From NCBI GenBank assembly GCA_965218695.1, contig OZ244651.1:544001-608000 (forward strand): DNA of 64,000 nucleotides, read 5' to 3'. The stretch is from Nitrosopumilus sp. GTDB lineage: Archaea > Thermoproteota > Nitrososphaeria > Nitrososphaerales > Nitrosopumilaceae. Numbering within the stretch: position 1 is the first letter of the stretch; every line of letters begins with the position of its first letter. This document shows positions 1 through 9,857 of this stretch, one piece after another. Made by a program: the position numbers and the translations under genes. The notes under the pieces were generated by a model. It was not told the DNA's origin and did no database searches. It saw only the letters and a list, made by a program, of their open reading frames with translations.

Positions 1-1
1 C

Positions 2-1288
2 AGGTATAACAACGCGTTCATACTCAGTGCCGACCTGAACAAGACCGACGGCGTGGCGGTCTCGACTGCCAGCCTGGCTCCCGTGTCGCGGCAGCTTGCC
101 CCGTCAGACGAGACCGTGGGAACACACATCGACATGCCAGGGGCCGTCCATGTCGGGGAGGAATTCCCGTACACGATACACGAGATAAACCGCAACGGCG
201 TGCCATTGAGGCTGGCAGACGCGCCGGACGTCTCGTTCGGGGACGGCGTCATGGAAGGCAGCAACGGCAGGCTTGTGGCAGAAGACGCGGACGGAACGGG
301 AACAATCACCGTGCTTGGCATCGGGGAGCCGGTAACTGAGACAATCGAGGTCGGCAAAAACGAGTTGGGTTTTGAAGCCAAACTTGGAGACGGTGACCAC
401 AGGGTGGGCGAGACGATCCTGTTGAGGCTGATATCTGACGTGGCCGGCGTGGATTACACCATAGCGTGGCCCTCATGGCTGGAGCACGAGGAGGTAGGCG
501 ACAACGAGTACGAAATCACGCCCACGCGCGAGAACAACGGCACCATAAACATCGTCGGCGAAAAGAAGGGGTACGGGGCAGAGAGCCATACCGTAAACAT
601 ATCTGCCATCCACGAGGTGAATCTCAGCGCCCGTGCCGAAGCAGGCGGCAGGTCACTTGCGCTGGAGCCGGAGATAACCAACATAGAGAACAATGAAGCA
701 GTCGATCCGCCATACACGGGCCCGCCGATATACGTGAGGGTCGCGTACCCGATAGAGCATGTAGCGGCCAGCGGGGACGGGTACCTGTTCACGGGCGTGG
801 AGGTTGACGGCGAGTTTGAAGCCGTGCCTGAATTTGAGCAATATGTGGACAAGGACGCGCGCATAATAGGACAGTACGAGCGCCAGATATTCATCAACAT
901 AGCCGATGCCGAAGGCAGCGGCGTGTTCAGGACAGGCGACGAGGTCCACATACGCGCGCCCGACAAGCCGAAACTGCTCTTCTTCATTACCGACGTGTTC
1001 AGCCATTGGGAAGGGGATCTTTCAGGGCGCGGGCCAGGGCCGTTTGTCCTGATTGCTGAAAAAGACCTGTACTCCAGGGCAGTATACATTGAGGACCACA
1101 GTGTCTGGATGGGCCTGGTGTTTGTCGCAGTCGCGGCCATCGTGGTACTTTCGGTGTTCCGCAAGTCGGACCGCCTGAAATGGATGTTCGGCGGCATGTC
1201 CGGGCTGGGCAAGATGAAGCCAAAGAAGAAAGAAAAGAAACCCGCGAAGGAATCAGGCGTGACGGACGGGGCAAATGATGGGTCATGA
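2..1288 (+). CDS. Membrane-anchored surface protein, 5'-partial (frame open to the window edge)
   Basis: Acidic, beta-rich extracellular-type sequence. C-terminal TM (WMGLVFVAVAAIVVLSVF) is followed by a Lys-rich tail. The frame has no stop back to position 2. ATGA overlap with the next gene. Confidence 0.8.
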   Translation, partial: RYNNAFILSADLNKTDGVAVSTASLAPVSRQLAPSDETVGTHIDMPGAVHVGEEFPYTIHEINRNGVPLRLADAPDVSFGDGVMEGSNGRLVAEDADGTGTITVLGIGEPVTETIEVGKNELGFEAKLGDGDHRVGETILLRLISDVAGVDYTIAWPSWLEHEEVGDNEYEITPTRENNGTINIVGEKKGYGAESHTVNISAIHEVNLSARAEAGGRSLALEPEITNIENNEAVDPPYTGPPIYVRVAYPIEHVAASGDGYLFTGVEVDGEFEAVPEFEQYVDKDARIIGQYERQIFINIADAEGSGVFRTGDEVHIRAPDKPKLLFFITDVFSHWEGDLSGRGPGPFVLIAEKDLYSRAVYIEDHSVWMGLVFVAVAAIVVLSVFRKSDRLKWMFGGMSGLGKMKPKKKEKKPAKESGVTDGANDGS

Positions 1289-4287
1289 GGATCATACTTG
1301 GCATGATGATCTGCCTGCTTGCATGCGCGCTTGCAGCAGTCCCGCCTGACTCGTACGCCCAGTCTGCAAACCCGTCTATTTCCTGCAGCGTCAGCGTGCG
1401 CGCATATGCTGCCCCCGCGCCGCTGTATGACGGCGGGGACCGTCGCAACCCGGACAAGTCGTTGTACCCTGGTGATGCCACGCACTACATGTTCGTGTAC
1501 AGGGGCTCGGATACCTGCCTCAGGTTCAAGGTCAACGAACTGAACTCGTACGGCGCGATAGGCGTGATTGACCACGACGTGGCCAAGGCGGTAAACGTGA
1601 CAGGTTTGGAACCAGACGAGTTGCGGCCCGAACTGAGCCCGAGGACACACAGCCACAGCACGTTTGATGTCGCAGTTGAATGGGTTGAGCCCGACGATGA
1701 CGATGAGAGACCGCACGCCGAATGGAGCACGCCGTCGGCCTCGCACAACAGCCACCAAGATCCAGTGTACGAGGACGACGAATCCGTGGAGGCATTCAAG
1801 GAGTTCGTGAAAGACAGATGCACGTCAGACAGGCTGTATGCGGGCTGCGCGTGGGGGCATATCGAAGTAGATACGGACGCCACGGGAAAGGTCTGCCTGC
1901 ACGAGCACATGAAAAGCGAGGGAATACGCATCCCGGACGGCGTGCCTGACGAGTGCAAGAACCGCAACTACATCACGATGTCAGTCGAGGGAGACGGGAA
2001 GAGGTGCAAAAAAAACGATAAGGGGGGATGGGACTGCGACAGGTTTACCCGCACGAATACGGCGAATATAAGGCTCAACGTGCTGGAACCGAACCTGGAA
2101 TTCGAGCTCTCCAAGCCGCCATTATACGACGCGTACGGCTTTGAGACGCAGAACCTGGACGGCACGTACTACCTGCAGGATCCGGTGCATGTCGTGCACC
2201 ATCCTGTCTTCAAATGGAAAGATGATCGTGGAGGCACCATAAAATTCAAGGTATACAGGCACTGGTGCCCTGATGACGGGAAATGCTCGGATTATGAAAA
2301 AAGGACGCAGTTGCCGATAGCCAAGACTTTTGACTGCACGTCTGACAGGTGCAACGAGGCATTTTCAATTACAGGGTTGACTGACACGATATGGAGCCTG
2401 GGAAACGGCGACGGCCAGACTGCGTACAGCGCCACCGATTCCTCGTGGCTCGGCCTGCACGGCCTGCAGTACAGGATAGAGGTGTACAACATCGAATACA
2501 CCGAAGAACGCATACTGAACGCGACCGAAGGCCACACCACCGCAAAAGCAGTCGTGTTTGATCCGGTGTTTGAATCCACCACGTACCCGGTGCTGGCAGA
2601 CGACGAGAAGTACGGCCACGAGAACCGTTTCGCGCTAGCCTCGTGGTACGGCGGCTCCTGGGGCGGCGGAAAGGATGATGCCAACATGACAGAGCCGTAC
2701 GAGTACCGCCGAGCCAGGATGGATGCGGCGTACGGCGCGCTGGCCGGGTACAATCCTGCCAACAGGACTACGCTGTCGTGGAACCTGACATGGAGTGAGG
2801 CGCCCAGGACGCCGGCGCACGTGCTGCAGGAGTACGGCGCGCCAGACTATCCGGACGTGTCGTTTCATTCCACGTCACACCCGCTGCGTCCGGGCCTGGT
2901 ACCGCTGTCAGAAGACGGGGCCGCGATGTGGCCAAAAACCGGCTATGGCAGGATATTCTTTGACTTTCCGGACATTTCACAGTACAGGCTTGGCGAGCCG
3001 GGATCCCGTTACGCGAATGCCACAGCCTACGTCTATACGATGGCGCGCGACTTTGCCTCCGAGCCATACAGGACAACTGCATCCGGCGTGTATACGTATC
3101 CGGATACGCTGTTCCACCAACGCGTGACCATACGATCGGTGGATTCGGAAGGAAACATCAAGCCGCTTGGAATATCGTTGGCATCCGAGCCGCGCCTGGA
3201 CTTGGGCGCCATACCGCTTGCAGATTACATACACGAGAAGGTGTTGCATGACACCGGCGACGCTGGATTTGCCGACTTGGCAGTACACGACACGTACCCG
3301 ATGGGACTTGACATACAGGCAGAAACTGGGTACATTGATGCCAAGGTAAGGCGTACCGCGTCACTGTTTACCACGTTCAGCCACGACGCGCACCAGGGAG
3401 ACGAGGCGCCAGGCGGGCCCGGGCCGCTTTTGCCGCCAGTGCTGTCTTTGCCTGGAATAAACGAGACGTCCACGCTGTTCGGGCCCGTCATATCGCCCGG
3501 CGTGACCGGGCCGAACCCGACAGAAACGGGCCTGAGCGGGCTGTTCGGGTTCTTGTCGCAGGTGGTGGGGATCACGGAGACCATGTCAGACGTGCTGCCA
3601 GACGAGATAGACCGGATAGTCCCGGAAGGATTCAAGCCTGACGGGAACGCGACGGCTTTGCCTCGGCCCGACATCAAGGCGCTCATGGCGTTCCAGAACA
3701 TGAGCAGGGAACTCGGGTACGCTGGCCTGGCCGAGGTGACCGAAGGGACGTACATGGCGTACCCGGACACGTCCAGGATGAACTTTCCGCTGTCGTACGG
3801 CTTGACCATGCCGTCGCCACTCAACGTCACACTCGGCACGGATTTCTATTCCCAGAACATCGACCACCGTTTAGGTGTGACAGAAGGCGGCCTGAACATA
3901 ACCATAAACACGGACAAGGACAACGTCCTGCTGGCAGAACGCACAGGCGACGTCCTGTCCATATCATACGACGAGAATTTTGGCGCGATGCTCGGCGTGG
4001 TAATCGACGGGAGCAACCATGGCAAGCCTGCCGGGTCAATCGGCGCGTGCGCCTGGGGATGCGACATATACGTCGGGTGGGGTAGCCTGGACGTCACTGC
4101 ATACAACAAGTGGGGCGGGGAAGCAAAATATTTCGCAGAAGAATTGGAGGAGCCGCCGCCTGCTGCAATACCAGACACGACATACGATGAGTGGCTTTGG
4201 GTGCTGGCACTGGTGGCTTTTGGCATACTGGCGTACAGGCTTGTCCACAACAGACTTGCAAACGGCATATGGTCTATCCGGGCCTGA
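1285..4287 (+). CDS. Large secreted, C-terminally anchored surface protein (1000 aa)
   Basis: N-terminal signal peptide (MRIILGMMICLLACALAA), Cys-rich N-terminal half, Pro/Gly linker, many N-x-S/T sequons, C-terminal TM (WLWVLALVAFGILAY). Confidence 0.85.
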   Translation: MRIILGMMICLLACALAAVPPDSYAQSANPSISCSVSVRAYAAPAPLYDGGDRRNPDKSLYPGDATHYMFVYRGSDTCLRFKVNELNSYGAIGVIDHDVAKAVNVTGLEPDELRPELSPRTHSHSTFDVAVEWVEPDDDDERPHAEWSTPSASHNSHQDPVYEDDESVEAFKEFVKDRCTSDRLYAGCAWGHIEVDTDATGKVCLHEHMKSEGIRIPDGVPDECKNRNYITMSVEGDGKRCKKNDKGGWDCDRFTRTNTANIRLNVLEPNLEFELSKPPLYDAYGFETQNLDGTYYLQDPVHVVHHPVFKWKDDRGGTIKFKVYRHWCPDDGKCSDYEKRTQLPIAKTFDCTSDRCNEAFSITGLTDTIWSLGNGDGQTAYSATDSSWLGLHGLQYRIEVYNIEYTEERILNATEGHTTAKAVVFDPVFESTTYPVLADDEKYGHENRFALASWYGGSWGGGKDDANMTEPYEYRRARMDAAYGALAGYNPANRTTLSWNLTWSEAPRTPAHVLQEYGAPDYPDVSFHSTSHPLRPGLVPLSEDGAAMWPKTGYGRIFFDFPDISQYRLGEPGSRYANATAYVYTMARDFASEPYRTTASGVYTYPDTLFHQRVTIRSVDSEGNIKPLGISLASEPRLDLGAIPLADYIHEKVLHDTGDAGFADLAVHDTYPMGLDIQAETGYIDAKVRRTASLFTTFSHDAHQGDEAPGGPGPLLPPVLSLPGINETSTLFGPVISPGVTGPNPTETGLSGLFGFLSQVVGITETMSDVLPDEIDRIVPEGFKPDGNATALPRPDIKALMAFQNMSRELGYAGLAEVTEGTYMAYPDTSRMNFPLSYGLTMPSPLNVTLGTDFYSQNIDHRLGVTEGGLNITINTDKDNVLLAERTGDVLSISYDENFGAMLGVVIDGSNHGKPAGSIGACAWGCDIYVGWGSLDVTAYNKWGGEAKYFAEELEEPPPAAIPDTTYDEWLWVLALVAFGILAYRLVHNRLANGIWSIRA

Positions 4288-4336
4288 TTGTAGATTGGTA
4301 AATTTATGATCTGGACGCCGAATTACCAGGGCACGC

Positions 4337-4751
4337 TCACGAAGAATGTCCCCGCAAACGCAACCACGCCCACGCAATACACATCTCCAGATCCCCGAAC
4401 ATGAGGGCAGCATCAGTATCAAGCCAGCCCTCTACGACATCGACCAACATGTCGGATATCCGTACGTCAAGCATGGCAGGCTCGCCTTCTGCGGGCGGCG
4501 GCCGCACCATGATATGGACAGAATCGCAGGAAGGATGACGTATCGTGCCGTGCATCACGGCATCATTACCGCGCGTCTCCCTGACAGTAAGGCTGAACTT
4601 TGTTGGATTAAACACGACTCTTGCCATCAAGCGCGTCTTGCACCTTGGGGAGCATTATGCTCATTATGTGATCCTGTATGTCGCTCCGGGCCGTAATTAC
4701 TACATTTCCTGTCTCGGTGGTGACGTGGCGCAACATGTCAGTCTTTGGCAT
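4337..4751 (-). CDS. Two small overlapping hypothetical ORFs (4608-4751 and 4337-4630), possibly one frameshifted gene
   Basis: Protein-like composition, same strand, downstream of the TadC-like gene. No recognisable motif. Confidence 0.35.
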
Positions 4752-4820
4752 GATAGGATGATGACTGACTTTGAAATAACCCCATTGATAGTTCGCCGAA
4801 GGCACGCGCCAACTTGGTAA

Positions 4821-6767
4821 TCACGTCAAAGTTCCGACTATTTCCTCAAGGAATGGCAGCGCGACGCATATTATCGTGCCAAACACGGCAAGCATGCATA
4901 CGTGCATGCTGTGCTTCATGGTAAAGTACGCTATCTTGGAGACCAGGAAACCGATCAGTACGGAGCACTCCACTATGAGAAAGCTCGACTGCTTCTTGAT
5001 CTCTTCGGTCTGCTCTAGCGTAGGGAAATTGATCGGCATCGCCTCCAGCCCCTCAAGCTCTCCTGTTATACTGCTTGTCATCTCGGAAGTTATGAGCAGC
5101 ATCCCCACCATGAGCAGCGGTATGACATAGCCCATTATTATAGATCCCCGAAGCGACGCTATCATTTCGCGCCTGGACTCGACGTACTCCTTGATAAAGT
5201 TGGCAAACGCCTGCAGCGAATGGGTGTCGCCGCCCCCGCTCTCCTGCACCTGCGATAGCACGAAGAACAGTATACGGGACAGCCAGGACGTGGTGCGGGC
5301 CGACTCTGCCGCGGCCGCCAATGACTTGCCAAACATCATCTGTTTTGATATGTCGCGCAATACCGGGCTCAACGCGTCATTCTTGTCCTTGTTTTTTGCC
5401 CTAACATTAACTGCCTCGCGTATCTCCATGCCTTCCAGGCGGCTGTCGGTGACGAATTGCGCGAATGCCGGCAACGCATTGTCCATCCTGAACGTGTCAG
5501 AAAAATGCCTTCTTGCCATGAATGCGTTGGCCCCGCCCCAGACAGCTACTGCGACCCCCAGGACTCCCCAGAGCGGCACGCCTGCAATCAGCGTGACCGG
5601 GACCGTCAGGGCCGCCATTACCAACGGCGGACGATACAGCGGGACAGAGTTGTGCGTGCGCGGCTGCTTTCCGTCCAGCGACATCAGCAGCACGACGATG
5701 ATTATAGGTAGTATTAACATCACCATTATCGTCATGGAGACGGCGTCTTTTCCTGTGGCGACAAACGTGGTTGCAAGCGCCAGGATTGGCATGACTGCCA
5801 TGATCATCAGCACCAGCTGGGCGATCCCGTTTGCCTCAGACGTGTAGTTTTTCACGCTGTTGCGCATGACGCGGAACGCGGATTCGGTGGCCGCGGCCAT
5901 GGTGCTTGCCGTGTTGGTTCCGCTGGTGGTGTAGGCGGCTGCGTAGTTTGCCACAATCTCCTTGAAGGATTCGTTCGGGTGGGTCTCTGCCACCTTGCGG
6001 AGTGCGGTTGTGTGCGACATGGCCATGTACTCGACGTTGCGCTGGAAGATCAACGCGTCCTGGCGCAGCACGGGAAACAGCGTCGTCTTGGATCTCGTTA
6101 TGTGGGTGATGAACTCGTAGAATGACACGCCGACCTTTTCCATTATGCTGGCGCACGCGATGAATACTGGTAATTCATGGCCGATTGCCGATTTTCTCTG
6201 CGACTTTGCGTTCTTTAGTTGGATCAAACCGCTGAACAGCACGCCGGCCGGAACCGCACACAGGCCCAGAAACCCGGGGTGGAAGAGTACGGCAAGCGCG
6301 ACTGCCACCGCGACTGACGGCGGCACCGATAGTATGGCGTGCATTATGCCGTGCCGGACAATCCTCATGGAGTCGTTGGCGTGGCCGGACTCGAATATCG
6401 CGCTGCGCACCTTTTCTGCCATGTATTTTTCCAGTCTGCGTATCGGGGTGATTGACATGAAGGGCTTCAGCATGGTCATGGCGCGGTCCGCAGTCACGGG
6501 CTTGGCCTCAAGCAGGGCGCCGAACCTGCCCTGCAGCACGGCCACGCCGGATCCCGTGACCTGCTGCTTCTTTTCCTTTTTTGCCGTCCTGCTGCGGAGC
6601 AGCGGCCTGATTCTCTCGTGAAACACATCCGCGACGTCTATCTGCGTGAGTACCACGAGTATGATGAATGCCGGTATGGATAATGCAAACAGGCCGGACT
6701 GGCCGAGCGCCATAAGCACGCCCATTATACCGAGCATTCCCAACAAAGAGGTCACGGGCAGGCGCAT
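4821..6767 (-). CDS. Type II secretion system F family / type IV pilus platform protein (TadB-TadC/ArlJ-like, two T2SSF domains)
   Basis: Polytopic membrane protein with two typical cytoplasmic domains (IGHELPVFIACASIM...GVS and MDNALPAFAQFVTDSRLEGM...ESGGG), each followed by TM helices. Divergent from a pilin gene. Confidence 0.85.
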   Translation of the reverse strand: MRLPVTSLLGMLGIMGVLMALGQSGLFALSIPAFIILVVLTQIDVADVFHERIRPLLRSRTAKKEKKQQVTGSGVAVLQGRFGALLEAKPVTADRAMTMLKPFMSITPIRRLEKYMAEKVRSAIFESGHANDSMRIVRHGIMHAILSVPPSVAVAVALAVLFHPGFLGLCAVPAGVLFSGLIQLKNAKSQRKSAIGHELPVFIACASIMEKVGVSFYEFITHITRSKTTLFPVLRQDALIFQRNVEYMAMSHTTALRKVAETHPNESFKEIVANYAAAYTTSGTNTASTMAAATESAFRVMRNSVKNYTSEANGIAQLVLMIMAVMPILALATTFVATGKDAVSMTIMVMLILPIIIVVLLMSLDGKQPRTHNSVPLYRPPLVMAALTVPVTLIAGVPLWGVLGVAVAVWGGANAFMARRHFSDTFRMDNALPAFAQFVTDSRLEGMEIREAVNVRAKNKDKNDALSPVLRDISKQMMFGKSLAAAAESARTTSWLSRILFFVLSQVQESGGGDTHSLQAFANFIKEYVESRREMIASLRGSIIMGYVIPLLMVGMLLITSEMTSSITGELEGLEAMPINFPTLEQTEEIKKQSSFLIVECSVLIGFLVSKIAYFTMKHSMHVCMLAVFGTIICVALPFLEEIVGTLT

Positions 6768-6787
6768 GCGTATGAGGCTCGGTATGC

Positions 6788-6826
6788 TTAAAACGGCAAT
6801 TGTGCGCGAAAAAACACCCTTTTAAA
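6788..6826. promoter_or_regulatory. Divergent TATA boxes for the TadC-like and pilin genes
   Basis: TTTTAA on the minus strand 26 nt before ATG 6767; TTTTAAA on the plus strand 27 nt before ATG 6847. Confidence 0.65.
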
Positions 6827-6846
6827 GAAACCGTTTTTTCAATTCA

Positions 6847-7476
6847 ATGAAGTCCACAATAACGAAGTCCATGACTACAAGATCCCTAACGAGGAAGAGG
6901 AGGGCCGTATCGGCAATCGTCGGAATCATGCTCGGCCTCGGCCTTACTGCCGTGGCAGCAGGCGGACTATACGTGATGACGTCTGACCTTTCTGACAGCG
7001 CGGTATCCATAACGTCTGTAGAGATACAGAATGCCAGGGCGTACAATACCGGAAATGTAGCATATGTGTCATTGAGTATCAAGAATACTGGTACAGATGC
7101 AGCATCGGATTTGAGTGCAGTAGTATTGCTTGCATGTAATGGCGAGGCCGCCGCAAAGGCCACACTCACGGATGCTACACTCAAGGCTGCAACCACAGAC
7201 TGCGTCGCAGCCCAATACGCCAGTCCTCCAACACAATCTACAGCCCCAGGTACGCTAGAATCGATACCCATAGGTGCAGAAATAGATGATTTGGCACCAG
7301 GCGGAACTGCCAGCATATCAGGTGGTGTCGCACTCACAGATTCTGCCAGTACGACTGCGCGAGACTCAGGGGATAAAATTGCGTTTGCCGTAGGACAAGA
7401 ATACCTCATAGAGATATCAGGTACGACAGCAGCAAACGAACCCATTATTCAGACTGCGACAGTCAGAGTACGATAA
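6847..7476 (+). CDS. Archaeal type IV pilin
   Basis: Class III signal peptide RKRRA|VSAIVGIMLGLGLTAVAAGGLY; SIKNTG motif; C-terminal GQEYLIEISG strand typical of archaeal pilins. Confidence 0.88.
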   Translation: MKSTITKSMTTRSLTRKRRAVSAIVGIMLGLGLTAVAAGGLYVMTSDLSDSAVSITSVEIQNARAYNTGNVAYVSLSIKNTGTDAASDLSAVVLLACNGEAAAKATLTDATLKAATTDCVAAQYASPPTQSTAPGTLESIPIGAEIDDLAPGGTASISGGVALTDSASTTARDSGDKIAFAVGQEYLIEISGTTAANEPIIQTATVRVR

Positions 7477-7481
7477 TCTCA

Positions 7482-7492
7482 TTTCTTTTTTT
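7482..7492 (+). terminator. T-rich archaeal terminator after the pilin gene
   Basis: TTTCTTTTTTT immediately after the stop codon. Confidence 0.6.
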
Positions 7493-7539
7493 GATTCCAT
7501 GGGGGCAACCCCGATTCTTGCCGCATGTAGTTATGTTAA

Positions 7540-8262
7540 ATGCCCACCGGGCATATGAAACGCATGCCACGCAACAATACCGCAGGCCTGAAGCGCACCA
7601 TTGCCGATGCGTGGAACGCAGAATATGATTCCGGCAAATATGCCGGCGAACCCCCGGTGGCGTTTGCAGGCGAGATAGCCGACTTTCTGGCCGAAAGGTC
7701 CAGACACCGAGACGGACGGGGCCTGTACGTGGGGTGCGGGAACGGCCGAAACTACGTCATGCTGTCCAAAGCCGGACTGGATATCACCGGACTTGACGTG
7801 TCTGCAGTCGGGCTAAGACAGATAGCAGAGAAGGAACCGTGGCTGGCGCCCAGGCTGGCATGCTGCGACTTTCTGGATTATGCCGGCGGGCCGTTCCAAT
7901 ACTTGATCTCCATACAGGCGTTCCAGCACGGCACAAGAACAACGGCAGAGGCGTACTTTCAAAAGACCGCGCGGGTGCTGGTTCCTGGCGGGATACTCTT
8001 TTTGCGCGTGAACGCCTCTGACACCGACGTGCTGCATCCGCACCGCGTCACGGAGGAGTCAAACGGTGGTTTCACGGTTCTGTACGAGGACGGCCCGAAG
8101 CGCGGGCTGCACGTGCATTTTTTTTCGTTGGGAGAACTGGAGACACTCATCAGTAACAACGGCATGCGCATAGTGGGCGCGCCCAAAAAAGTCACGGCTG
8201 GTCGCCAAAGTAAATGCGGCACGTGGGTGCAATGGGAAATTGTAGCAGTGAGGGATAAGTGA
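7540..8262 (+). CDS. Class I SAM-dependent methyltransferase
   Basis: GLYVGCGNGRN motif I, GLDVS, VLVPGG. Start codon uncertain (7540, 7555 or 7564). Confidence 0.88.
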   Translation: MPTGHMKRMPRNNTAGLKRTIADAWNAEYDSGKYAGEPPVAFAGEIADFLAERSRHRDGRGLYVGCGNGRNYVMLSKAGLDITGLDVSAVGLRQIAEKEPWLAPRLACCDFLDYAGGPFQYLISIQAFQHGTRTTAEAYFQKTARVLVPGGILFLRVNASDTDVLHPHRVTEESNGGFTVLYEDGPKRGLHVHFFSLGELETLISNNGMRIVGAPKKVTAGRQSKCGTWVQWEIVAVRDK

Positions 8263-8375
8263 CGGGCGGTGTTGTTTGATATGGAAACATGCCATAGACA
8301 CCATAATCGACACCAGCCACGTTGGGTGTGGGTGTATTACAAGAATATGCTTGGACGCGCTTGAAATGAAAACAA

Positions 8376-8516
8376 TCATTCTGATTTAATCAACCACACT
8401 ATTCCAGCACCGCTTATGATTGCTCCCGCAATCCATAGATAGTTACCACTAATTAGACCGCCTATGAGAATCGGCATGCCAACAGCACATGCAACTATGC
8501 CTGGAATATAATTCAA
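8376..8516 (-). CDS. Small 2-TM membrane protein (46 aa, not in the ORF track)
   Basis: TTG start; MNYIPGIVACAVGMPILIGGLISGNYLWIAGAIISGAGIVWLIKSE. Confidence 0.55.
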   Translation of the reverse strand: MNYIPGIVACAVGMPILIGGLISGNYLWIAGAIISGAGIVWLIKSE

Positions 8517-8520
8517 AATC

Positions 8521-8721
8521 TTAAAACCCGACCCCGATTAACCCGAAGAAAGCAAAGTTTAGCGCCACCTCAACCACGGTCAGCACGATGCCAAGGTACA
8601 GGTTGTTTTTGGCCTTGCCGGGATCGTCTGAACGTATGACAAAGTACGATATCAGGCCGCCCACCACGCCCAAAAATATGGGCAACAAAAACCACCAGTT
8701 GCTGCGCGTTCGTGCCTCCAG
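8521..8721 (-). CDS. Small 2-TM membrane protein of a thaumarchaeal-type family (probable CTG start)
   Basis: RSNWWFLLPIFLGVVGGLISYFVIRSDDPGKAKNNLYLGIVLT. A TTTAA box about 26 nt upstream fits CTG at 8721, and an in-frame TGA lies just upstream. Confidence 0.7.
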   Translation of the reverse strand: MEARTRSNWWFLLPIFLGVVGGLISYFVIRSDDPGKAKNNLYLGIVLTVVEVALNFAFFGLIGVGF

Positions 8722-8777
8722 GGATATGTGTCACGAATTTTGGTTAAAGGCATTTCGTCGGATCCCGTTCACGAAGG

Positions 8778-9335
8778 CTAGTAAATCATCAGGTCCTTCT
8801 CTTCCAAAAGCGCGTGCAGGTTATGCACGGAGCGGAACACGTCATCCTCTGTCTTGCCGCCGGTGCATACAAGCTTGCCGGAGGCAAACAGCAGTATGAC
8901 TGTTTTTGGATCCACTATCCTGTGTATGAGCCCTGGGAACTGCTCGGGCTCGTACATGCTCCTTGGCAGCGTGCGCGCGGCATTTTCAAGGTGGATTTTT
9001 CCGCCCAGGTCGATTGCGGCCACGATGTTCTGGACAGTGACTGTTGCCTCGTTTCGTATGCTGATGCCGCCTTTCCTGAGTTTTTTCACCACGGTGTTTA
9101 CCGCGGTAATTGCCAGTTCTTCAGACTTGGCACCCGTGCAGACCATCTTGCCGGTCCGGAATACCAGCGTGGCAGTCTTTGGCACCGCGAGCCTGAATAC
9201 CAGTCCTGGGAACTGTTCCGGGTGGTACTCGGTGCCAGGAAACCTTTCCTGGATGTCGGGCAGATTCATCTCCTGGTCAACCGAAGCCGACGCCACCACG
9301 TTCTCTATCCTAATCACGGGCTTGGTCTGCGGCAT
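8778..9335 (-). CDS. tbp: TATA-box binding protein
   Basis: IENVVAS...YHPEQFPGLVFRL...GKMVCTGAKS and second repeat QNIVA...YEPEQFPGLI...SGKLVCTG. The MPQTKP N-terminus is Nitrosopumilus-like. Confidence 0.98.
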   Translation of the reverse strand: MPQTKPVIRIENVVASASVDQEMNLPDIQERFPGTEYHPEQFPGLVFRLAVPKTATLVFRTGKMVCTGAKSEELAITAVNTVVKKLRKGGISIRNEATVTVQNIVAAIDLGGKIHLENAARTLPRSMYEPEQFPGLIHRIVDPKTVILLFASGKLVCTGGKTEDDVFRSVHNLHALLEEKDLMIY

Positions 9336-9476
9336 GGTTTGGGTTTTTCTGCCTGCCATATATCAGTGATGGGGCAAGCCAGCCATCTACTGACACGTAC
9401 GTGAACGAGGAGGCAATATTTCTTAGCGGACGGATGTCTTTTTGTAATAATTCGGCGAGGGGTGCGACAGGACGCG

Positions 9477-9674
9477 TCAAAATCCGAACGGTATGAGAAC
9501 CAGCCAGCCAATCACGACTGCCAGCAACACGACCCAAGACATGTGCCAAAAATACGTTGCCGTCTCTGGCATGTCCTGGTTGTTGTAAAACTTCCACAAT
9601 ATTATGCCGGCTATGGGGCCGAACAGCACCACAAGAAACACGTGCTTCATACTTGGAAATTCCAGCCGTACCAT
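9477..9674 (-). CDS. Small 2-TM membrane protein
   Basis: Two hydrophobic segments (VFLVVLFGPIAGIILW; WVVLLAVVIGWLVLIPF); TTTTAA box upstream. Confidence 0.6.
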   Translation of the reverse strand: MVRLEFPSMKHVFLVVLFGPIAGIILWKFYNNQDMPETATYFWHMSWVVLLAVVIGWLVLIPFGF

Positions 9675-9857
9675 GTGTTTGCTATACGGGGTCGGGTTAA
9701 AACGATTTCCGACAACTCAGGCATTATGTGCAAGCTGGATATACCTGTCCGGTTAGTACTATTGTGGATGGCGTCATGCAACGCCTGTATAATGGATAAT
9801 TGGGGTAGTTGAAGGCTCATGAAAACCCGTTTTTAACAGAATCGTCCACGGTGTTTC

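Noticed and set aside
454-1758. 434-aa minus-strand ORF and similar long antisense ORFs (17968-19263, 26070-27194, 58941-59711)
   Set aside because: These are shadow frames of real plus-strand genes in GC-rich DNA.
4821-7476. Archaellum locus
   Set aside because: No arlF/G/H/I or chemotaxis genes nearby; the filament protein looks pilin-like rather than archaellin-like.
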